Shown here piece by piece: positions 51,675 to 61,449 of a stretch of DNA of 64,000 bases (positions are counted from its first letter, which is position 1; the number at the start of each line of letters is the position of its first letter). The stretch is from Amphiscolops sp. MND2022 (taxonomy: Eukaryota), in the NCBI GenBank assembly GCA_964187785.1, contig OZ076409.1, positions 38,752,001 to 38,816,000 on the forward strand, written 5' to 3'. A model generated the notes under the pieces. It saw nothing but the letters and a program-made list of their open reading frames with translations. It was not told the origin of the DNA and ran no database searches. Both the position numbers and the translations under genes were made by a program.

Positions 51675-52524
51675 AAACGCGACTATCATAGTGACTCTTT
51701 TTCTATCCACACGAACTGACCAAAATAGTTAAAAGTTTTACAAAATGTTATTGCACCAAATTGCAATTTGCACTATTTGGCCTAAGGAACTGAACCAAAA
51801 GGGTGTTTCCTGTTTTTTCCGCGTAACATACAATACCGGGCGAGACCAAAGGGTCCACTTTTTCATTTTTTTCGCCACTGCGAGACTTTTTTCTCGAAAA
51901 ATTATTTTTTCCCAAACGGTCCATCCTTCAAATTGTTTGCTGTTTTGTGTCAGAATGGATGTTGGAAAATCTTAAAGGGTCCCCTTCACAGTTTATTTCG
52001 GCACTGTGAGATTTTTTTCCGAAAATAAAAATTTTTCCCCCTTCAATTTTTTGATGTTTTCCGACGGAATGGATGTTGAAAAACCCCAAAGGATCCCTCC
52101 AGCCTTTCAGTTTTTCGGCATTGTGAGACTTTTTTTCCGAAAATTTTTTTCTCTCCAGACTGTCCCCCCTTCATTTTTTTGATATTTTACAACAGATTGG
52201 GTGTTTAAAATCCCAAAGGGTCCCCGCTTTCAGTTTTTCGGCATTGTGAGATTTTTTTCGAAAATTTGTTTTTTCTCCGAAGGGTCCCCCATTCAACTGC
52301 GACAAAAATGTTAACAATTTCAGACGTGTCCCCCTTTTAGCGCGCCAGGGGCTCGCGCTAGCGGGCCCCGGCGCGCCACTCGGTCCATTTTTTTGAAAAT
52401 GTAATTTTTTCGAAAAAAAAAAAATTTCGAAAAATTTTCGATTTTCGAGTACTGTAAAAGAGAATACTTGACACTTGGAAGTCTTTTTGCTATTTTTGAG
52501 CCTAGGTTATGGTCGCGGCTTGTT
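51650..52524 (-). mobile_element. Longer HINE copy with an internal GC-rich hairpin
   Basis: TTTTAGTCGGCGC start, more central repeat units, hairpin at 52340-52377, partly deleted other terminus (..GCGGCTTGTT). Confidence 0.78.
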
Positions 52525-55095
52525 TTTGTTTTACTCCGGTATGCTGTATTCAGTCTCGAATAAGATCTTTTCACCATGAAAGCTGTCAAAGAAATTATGC
52601 AAATAATTTTTTGCAGACTTTTTTAAACATAAGAAATTAAATTCTGCGGAATAGATTTTCTTTCAAATTGTCTTGTTTAGAAGAATTGAAGTCATTCATT
52701 CGACAATTCATCGGTAACAAACATTCAACATATTTTTCCACAATCATAATGGCATACATTTCCTAATTTTAGTACATAATCTCATGTTATTTGGAGACTA
52801 GCATCTCGAAGTCTTCCTGAAAATTGGTTCCGAGAGCTCTGTAATCTGATACGGCTGGCTGGAAATGATATTGATAATTGATCTTGGTCGAAATCCCATT
52901 AATGAAAAATATTCCAAGTTGTAAGGGAGACTTTTTAAAGAATTCAATCCCTAGCGATCGAAGACGACGAATTTCCTCGAGCGTTGTTCAGAGCTGCCTA
53001 AAAGATTAGCTTTCTCAGTGAAATTTAAGATGACTAGCAAATGGAATTAATCTAAGTTCGGTATACCAATGAGAGCTGAATGAAAAAGATTGAAGTTTTC
53101 AGAAACGGCCTAACAGTCCATTATAGACCATTATAGAAAAAGGCTTTCATTGTAATCAATTAGACAACCTTTTTACTTTAGCAAACATTACGGTCAAATG
53201 ATGGGATTCAACAAGTTCAGGAAATTTTAATCTGGGGATTCCAAGCATTACCTTTATGAGCAATAAAGGTACCTTCGAACAATTGAAAAAATATTTCACC
53301 ATTAACTGCAAAAAAAATAAAAAATTGTACCTTTATCACGTAGGGGAACATTTTGGGTATATGAGCAGATCGAAACACTCAAAATTGGGACGAGGTTTTT
53401 TTAAATTCAAAATTAAAAAAAATTAAAATATTTTGGGTACATTTTGACCGGGCGTAATAGTCTTACAGTGGAAACTGCTTCAGTGAGATCCTGCTACAAT
53501 TTCAGATTTTGCATTCTTCAGTATCTTTCGCTAACTGAACATAAATGTCTTGGCTTTGTCAACTAAAGGTGGCCTGAATGCATTGTTTTTTTTTCAAATT
53601 TCCATTGTACAAAAAAATGGCACAGCCAATTAGCATTTTTAGAATTAATTTTAGGAATAGGAAAAAAATTTCAATTACTTATGCACTCGTACTTTTTTCT
53701 TCCGACCTTTTAATGAAATTTTCAACTTTCTCAAAAATTGTCCATATGATTCGAACGAATTTTTTTAACAGTCTCTTTACCATATTAGGGTCCTATGTGC
53801 GCATTGACATCAAAATAGTATGACTAGGATCTGAGAAACATAACCAAAATTAGTCCAAAAATCCTGGAGAATCCTGCGACAATAAAGTACGTACTTTGTT
53901 TATCAATATTTTAATCCGTTTCCGACTCCTTTACTGCACATGCTCTGGTTGAGGATATAATTTTAAAAAAGTAAATTCCAGGCACAATAGCATTGCCATA
54001 AATCCATGCATGGAGTGGCTTCCTAATACTGCAAAACATAGTTTTTACATGCAAGATACGTGATATGATCAGTCGTTTTTTTCGTTCAAATGAACGAAAA
54101 ATAGCATAATTATGGCTGCTAATTGCTTTGCGAATTATGTCTCACTCAGAAATTTTTGCAAGCACAAATTACCCCGAGCTCCGAAACGAACCACTCCAAA
54201 CAAACGACCTGAAACAATCGTAGCCAGTAGCCAGTTAGTTAACGTACAAGACGCTCGCCAAGCACCGTGATAGATTCCGCCCCGCTACATCTTACCAACA
54301 TACATAATGAATAGAAATTCAAAAACTATGTTTTCTTAGGCACATTTTTTTTCATTTAGGTTTCTAGAACAATTTCAAAATTTCTTAAAAAACGCCAATT
54401 CCTTGATTTCATGATTAAAACGTAGCAACGGAACGTTTAATTTTCTTAGTCACATTAGGTTCATTGCTGGGTTGTTGAATTCATGAAACACTTTGAAAAC
54501 TTCATTTATCCGAAAATTTTCACTGTTCACTTTACAGCAAAAAATATATCTTGAGAAGTTTTTCTCCAGCCAAATATGTCATTTTGAGTTTTTCGATTGA
54601 ATTCTCAACTCGAGGCGAGAGAACATTTAATTTTTTTGGACTCAACAATAGTCTGTCAAAAACTGCCTGAAATGTTAAACTTGAATTATGGTGCGGCTTA
54701 GGAAATTAATTGTTCTTTATCGTCGAATAACTCACCGAACAGTTTGTATGCTATTCAAGAATTATCCAGGTGTGAATTGTTTCTTACCAGCCCTGATCCA
54801 TTGAAAAAGTTCAGAGCTGAAATTATTGCTGCATTGAGATGAAAGCAAGCAAACAGAGATATTCTCTCTGGTGATGTCCATCCAAAGCATACTACATGAA
54901 ATTCCAAACCATTCCAAAGCAGATGGGTCCCTCTCAATTTTTCTCGGCGCTATGGGACTTTTTTCGGCTTCGTGAGACTTGTTTTCGAAAGATTTTTAAT
55001 GTCTCCAAAAGGACCCCTTCATTTTTTTGATTTTTTTTGCACTGGAAAGGATGTTTAAAAAAGCCTAAAGGGTCCTCTTTTACATTTTACGCCAC

Positions 55096-55293
55096 TATGA
55101 GACTGTTTAAAACTCTCATTTTTTGTCTGATATCAGGTTTTCTCAATATATATCCACTAAAAATGTTTTTCAATTCCATCCGAATTTTTGACGTACGTCA
55201 AAAATTCGAATGGAATTGAAAAACATTTTTAGTGGATATATATTGAGAAAACCTGATATCAGACAAAAAATGAGAGTTTTAAACAGTCTCATA
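55096..55293. repeat. 198-bp spacerless palindrome (1 mismatch) inside a decayed HINE-like element (~54925-55635)
   Basis: TATGAGACTGTTTAAAACTCTC..TTTTTGACGT|ACGTCAAAAA..GAGAGTTTTAAACAGTCTCATA. Confidence 0.95.
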
Positions 55294-56280
55294 CTACGTA
55301 CTATCTAAAGTAAAGTATTCGAAATTTAGACGTTATTTCCAAACTAGATTGCTTTTTACTATGGAGGAGCCGGAGGTTCGAAAACAAGCGCTCCCATTCG
55401 TGCCATCACGCTATATCCGAGCTTTGGACGTTATATCCGAACTATAATGCGTTTTACTGAGGAGGCGTATGATCGAAAAAAGCTCGCATTTGTCTCAGCA
55501 CGCTATATCCGAACTTCTGAAGCGTTCTCCAATTTCCGAGCACGAAAGGCACCCTTTGGGTGTTTCGAAACCTTTTTTTGAGTTTGATCTCAACTTCGAT
55601 CTTTAGGTGTAGTGCCGACTTTAGAAGTTCTCGTTTTGATTTTGTGTTAAACTATGGCAAAGGTATTGCAAAGTTTGTTTGCGAGGGCCTTTGTGTGTCC
55701 GTTAACTTGACATAGCGAGCTATTGGCCGATGATTTAGCAGACACGTAACATTTATTACACAGCTTTATACAACTCCCGGTGAGTATAAGTGTGAAAAAT
55801 GTGACTGTATTCGAAAACAGAAGAAGTTTTGAAACCTGGGAAGTCTTATTAATTCAAACCATTCTTCTTGGAAAGCCGTGAAACGGAACAGCTCACTATC
55901 ATTTTGTTTTGTCAGAAAAAACACAAAAAATCCTGTATTGAATAGTGCATACGTGGCGATCAAAAAGTATTTTTTGTTGACTGCGAAGATACGAAAAAAT
56001 AGACGAACCTCGATCCGATTTCTCGTCGAAGTCTTACAAAATGTATCGAGAAAATAAAAACAGGCTTTGAAAAACAAATGCTAATTCCATTCCGGAAAGC
56101 TTCTGTCCAAAAATAGACAACTGGATTGATTGCAAGAAAAACGAAATCCCTTCATTAGATCAACGTCGCAGAGCAAAGTTTTAGCCATGCAATATTTGCA
56201 CAAAATGGAAGAGAGCCACTAACCACTGAGCGCCTAGATGTTTTGCTGTTTTAAAAAAGTCAGTACTGACTAGTGGATAG

Positions 56281-57435
56281 TGTAACGGATCCAAGAAATT
56301 TATGACTGACAGACTTGCAAAGAAATTTTAAAATAACCCGCAAACTGTTCGACTACGACATGAATTTGAGGCTCAAAAATAGCCAGTGCACTATGAAAAC
56401 GCAGAGAAGTTCGAACGAATGAAAGTGAATGTTTACACTATTCTAACCCACGGAATAGCTGGAAAATGTTACAAAACCTGCATGAAAACGTTCAACTTTT
56501 TTGTATTTTTAGGGGCATTTGTGTGCATTTTTCTACTCACAAAAATGCAAAAGTATACATTGAAAGGCGTACTGCATACATAGTTATTTCGTTCGGATCC
56601 TGATGAATGATAAATATTAAACAAAAAAGGTCAAAAAATATTACGGTCCCAAAGAAATTTTCTTTCAACGTTTGTATTTTCTATATAACAGCCTTTTTCT
56701 TATAGTATGAAATTCTCTTCTTTGTATGGGTTCGCTGACTGTTATGATAATTTGGAGTTCAGTAATTTAAAATTACTAAGGCTTTAGGACTACCGTAAGA
56801 GGGATATCTTGAGTGAAAGAGAAAAAGTTATTTTTGCTTTTTGGGGAAGAATTTAAATTAAAATGAAATCAGAGTTAAGAGATGAAACAAAGTTTTAAAT
56901 ACTTTTACAAGTTTACAAACTAACATATTGGGTGGACTATGGGTGGCTGAGTTGGAGTTCTGAATTTTGTTTCTTCTTCAGTTGATTGTTGTTGTCTTCT
57001 GGTTTGTAGCTTCTCCAATTGTTGAAAGATTAGAGATCGATTTTTATTTTTGTTAAACAAGATTAATAAACGGCATGAACACGATAAAACGGGTTCGAAA
57101 GAACAAGATTAAGCTCGCAGAACTCAAAATCTGCAAATCTGCAATTAATTACACTAGGCTCTGGATAAGTCCAGATAATTGAACAAAAACGTAAATAAAT
57201 GGGGATCGGAGTAATTGGACAAGATTTAAATGCGGGGTTTACAAAATACTGTATAAAACACAACACGTTGTAGAACTATCTGTGTAATTATGTGACTGGT
57301 TTTGTACTGATAAGCAAATTTGTATGTAACTTAGAAACATGAATTGTTTTAAGTGCTTTCTTGTTTTGTTTTGTTGCTCCGGCTTTTGTTTACTAGGGGC
57401 CGTCTTTGTTTTCGTGTTACCGCTTGCTTGTCACA
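56281..57435 (-). repeat. Putative 3' LTR (~1.15 kb)
   Basis: Minus strand: PPT AAAGAAGGAAGTGG (57436-57449) then TGTGACA. The candidate end ..CCGTTACA at 56281 gives imperfect TGT(G/A)AC inverted ends. The inner boundary is firm; the outer boundary is tentative because the partner LTR is outside the window. Confidence 0.62.
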
Positions 57436-57468
57436 CCACTTCCTTCTTTGTGAAATTGCGTCTCGCAA

Positions 57469-58450
57469 TTATAGATCCGTGAACTCGTGAAGATTTCGTA
57501 GAAACGGGTCGCAACGGCGACATGTCCGCAGACCAATTTCGTTTCGTTGTATTCCAGGAAGGCCACAACAAGCATAGACTTCCTTTAACGTGGGATCGAG
57601 GAGGATCCGTTTAGCTTCCTTGACAAACGGTATGTATTTGCTGGCCGTGGTTGTGGCAGCCTTATTTTTGTCGGGATGTAGTGTATGTACCAGCACGCGG
57701 TAGTTTTCCTGGATAATCTCGGCATAAGACGATGGGTTGCAACCGAGCAGATTGAACAACAAATTATCAGGGGCATCTTCAGGCTCAGGTTGTAAGGGTA
57801 GTTTTGTAATATGGTGAGCAAGCATCCTTTGTAGAATGGGGACTTGGCGTTGGGTGGCAGCTAAATTCCGGAGCGTGCTGAGTTCTTCAGTGAGCTCTAA
57901 AGTCGGTTGCAATAAGGACTCATTCTCCGCTGTAAGGGCGGACAGGCGTTTTTGGAGTGCTTCGTTAGCTGCCTCTAGCTCTTTGGTAGTCTCCAGTTGC
58001 TCACAAAGGACGTCCATGGTCAACGAAGTTTCGCGACGAGCATCCTCAAATGCTTGATTCAATGTAGTAACATCGTCGAAGCGTTTTGTTAGGAACGCTG
58101 CATACTCGTCAGTGTCGACGCAGCATTGAGTACCGGTGTCAGCGGTATCCGGCCAAACACGGGGAGGGGTTGGCTCACAGAGGCAGTTTGGGGTCGGCTC
58201 GTCAACCATGAGACAAGCATCTTGGCTTGCTGGAGGTAACACGCAAATGGCTGTTGATGGGCGCATGAAGCTGCGCTGGTTAGGAGTAGCGTCCATTCGT
58301 CGTAGGACAACAGTCCCACTGTGGGGATTAACACGTAGGACAGTGTATTCACGTTCGTCCAGAATCTGCACGGTGTCGCCAGGACTGATGGAGGCGATTT
58401 TCCCAGAACAGGTGTATAGATTTGCTCCTGCACGGCGCTTGGCGGGGAAC
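57469..58450 (-). CDS. Accessory ORF: N-terminal beta-rich module + coiled coil + C-terminal DnaJ/J-domain
   Basis: Intact ~327 codons. J-domain LFNLLGCNPSSYAEIIQENYRVLVHTLHPDKNK..FVKEAKRILLDPTLKEVY has the HPD motif and helix I-IV pattern. Heptad region LEAANEALQKRLSALTAENESL. Splice acceptor at 58451. Confidence 0.85.
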
Positions 58451-58645
58451 CTGAAACATAACAAAAGATTAAAAGAGACCGATTAGGGTTTTATGTGACA
58501 ATTTAAAGTGTAAAAGGAGGGGTTTTGACGACTGTAAGATGGAAACTGAGATCTTGAGCTACAGAATGATTAAAGCTTTATTTGCGAGAGACAATTCACG
58601 GTTTTATTTTGTAGACTGGACACATAGGTATGGACAAGAATTAGG

Positions 58646-58838
58646 GCACGGACACGTGCATTGACTAGGCACAACACGGAAACGTGTGGAGAGGGCACGG
58701 AAACGTGCAAAGTGAGGACTAGACGCAAACGTGTATGTTAGATAACACAATTTTTTTGGGCACGGAGACGTGCAGAAAAGGGGCAGAGATAAGTCTGCGT
58801 TAGTGTCCATCCAAATAAAACGGGGCACGGATACGTGC
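58646..58838. repeat. Array of GCACG-GANA-CGTGC mini-palindromes
   Basis: Perfect units at 58646, 58674 (ACACG/CGTGT), 58695, 58760 and 58825; one imperfect unit at ~58721. Confidence 0.9.
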
Positions 58839-58956
58839 ACAAGGTGGTGACTAAGAGTCACGGCTAAAAGTCACCAAATTAGGATAGTTATTTGTATTAA
58901 TACTTTTATATATACATATATAGAGAGGTGGTGTCGAGGCATTTAAAGGGTTGTAG

Positions 58957-61294
58957 CTATGTCGTCGTCTCGGAGTAGTGAGGAGCAGTAACATCTGGAT
59001 AAATTCGTGGAGGAATAATTGTTGGAACTGTATCGGAGATGCAATTAGAGTCACGCGTCATTTGTAAGGTTTCCTTAGCCAGGCCTTGTAGGGCAAGAAA
59101 TTCGTTCTTTGTCAGATAGAGGAACGGCGCGTTATTCTCTATCAGTGAGGGGTTTTCACTGTCGTCCAAGATGTGGATGAATTGGCCTTGGGAACTTGTG
59201 AAGAAACGTTGAGGATGAAGAAACAGACGTTTCCATAGTCTGCGGAAGAGTGTGAAGCTGATAGTAAAAGATAACAAGGAAAGTGTAATGGAAATGCCGG
59301 AAAAGAGTGCGGCTGTACGATAAGGCAAATACGATTGCAGGGCATGTGATGTGGCTGGTGATATTGACGAGTAATGATCTGCGATGGGTTTAGTTAACTC
59401 ATCAATTGCGGTGTTTGTCATTCTATGGACATCAGGAAGCTCCGCAAGCTCCATCTGGACGCTGCCGATAATGGATTCGCGGGCTTCTCCAAGCGAGTAG
59501 GCATGGAAAACATTGCTAGACTGGGGAACATGCTTGAACACTTGTTCAAGTGACGGGGTAAGGGCAACAGTAGCTACAAACGGTTCTGGATGCGTTTCAC
59601 AGAAGTCCATGTCAGGCGACAGTACAAGATCGCCCTGATTGAAAGAGAGCGTACTGGTACAGCTCGGGCGCATTATACAAGCTTGACACATTACAGTGGT
59701 GACTGAGATACCATGTAATCGGCTATCGTTTTTCACTTGCAAGACCGGATCTCTTGAGATTATGTGGTACAAACCATCCGCTAAATAGAATGCCTGTGGG
59801 GCATTTGGTAGGAGTACAGATTGAACGGGACAGTTCCTCAGGCTAGGAATGTCATAGTTGTAGAGTAGGGAACTCAAACAAAGAAGTGTTTCGTCTGTCG
59901 TAGTAGAGAAACCCTTGCGACAGAGTTTGATCCTATTATTCCCTGAGCACTGTTGTAGTGTGGAACCTTCGAGTTCCGCAAAACGGGAGTTGTCCGTAGA
60001 AACTGCCAAAAAGGGCTTTTGAAGCTGGTACAGAGATGCTGTCTTGTTGTCCCCATTCGGTTGATGCAGGGGATCGCGTGATACACATCAAACGTGGAGG
60101 ACTTGGAATTCATAGGAATTCCGAGCACTACTGAGATGCCACGAGGAATCAGTGTGACCTCTAGCACGATGTTAATTTCATAATAGATAGCTTCGTACCC
60201 TGGTTGAATAGCTGGCGATAATTTAGTACCGCGGCGGACTTCATCGTCAGAGAGTTCTTGCACGATGTCCGCAATCTCCTGTGGTAAGAGAAACTGGGGC
60301 GTAATGTGGCCACTCGCGAGAGATGAGATGGTGGAGAACAAGTTAATCTTGTAAGCGTAGAAAGCAGCTTGGTAAGATTTGATGTGAGTGTAGAGAGAAC
60401 CCATGTCTGATATGAAGTTACGAATCTCCTGAAGGAACTTTATATGGACCGTTTCTAATCTTTGGCACTCCTTGTGTGCTACTATCGTACCTTTTATGGT
60501 GCGTACCTCTTTGTCTATTCTGTGTAAATGCTCATTTATTTGGTCCCTTATTTCTTGCAGATTATGTTGTGTTGCTTTGACTTCATTACCGAGAATGAAG
60601 AAATTTTAGGTCATTCCTTGCCTGCACGCGCTGCAGAGTCAAAATGGTCTTCTGTTGGGTATCCAAGACAGCTTCGACATCTCGCGACAACTGGCTGTTA
60701 TCGCTACACATGTTGAATATTGATAACGCTGTACATGCAGCGTCCTTGATCGGATCACCCAAGATTAATCCGGCGCCTGCTCCAATAGCTGCAACAGCGC
60801 CAACAAACCGTTTCTTTCGGGGAGCAGAAACTTCTTCTGTCCTATAAATCTGTGGCAAGAATGACTTCGTTATCTCGGAGAGGCCATTTTGGTCCTTGAC
60901 CGATGCGCTCATCTCCTTTTTTACCAGATTGACTCTTTCTTCCAACTGCTGGACCACTAGACTGTAGGTTTCGTTTATCTTCTCCCAATAACAGCTTGTC
61001 TGGGCGTACATACCGCCGACTGCTATCGTTTGTACTTTGGCTAGAGCCAACAGGCGTTCGACTTCAGTAAGATTCACTTCCGGTATTTTCGGAAACGGGG
61101 AAAACACACGAACTTTGCTCTCACTCTCGGAGGTGACAGCTTGGTACTTGAACAGGAAGGCTGCGCCTTTCTTGAATACAGGGACTTCAGGATTGTCATT
61201 GAGGTGGGTAGAGTAATGCGTAATGGCGACGCAAACTTGAGAAGTGAACAACCGGCAAAGGAGGGTGAACACTTTGTCGTTTGGAAAGTGTCGC
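58957..61294 (-). pseudogene. env: env: class I (F-type) fusion glycoprotein, ~780 aa, with two frameshifts (~60607, ~60065)
   Basis: Furin site RKKR followed by fusion peptide FVGAVAAIGAGAGLILG; heptad repeat; ISSLASGHITPQFLLPQEI motif; Cys-rich block (QCSG..LCRKG..LCLSSL..NC); TM AALFSGISITLSLLSFTISFTLF then RRLWKR. The three ORF-track pieces join after single-base corrections. Confidence 0.9.
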
Positions 61295-61449
61295 CTGAAA
61301 GTAAGAGATATGCGTGAAGGTTTGTATGTGTCCAATTGGTATCGTAGAAATAGATAGAGGATATAGTGTACAAGCTAATGATTGCTAATTCTTCCCGTTT
61401 TATACTTTTTGTTGGTTTTTTGAATATACTAAAGGAGGGAGATGCGAAT

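Noticed and set aside
45120..54930. Scattered minus-strand exon-like pieces (45185-45270, 52790-52930, 54790-54910)
   Set aside because: Could belong to an antisense gene, but I could not build a phase-consistent model or recognise a product.
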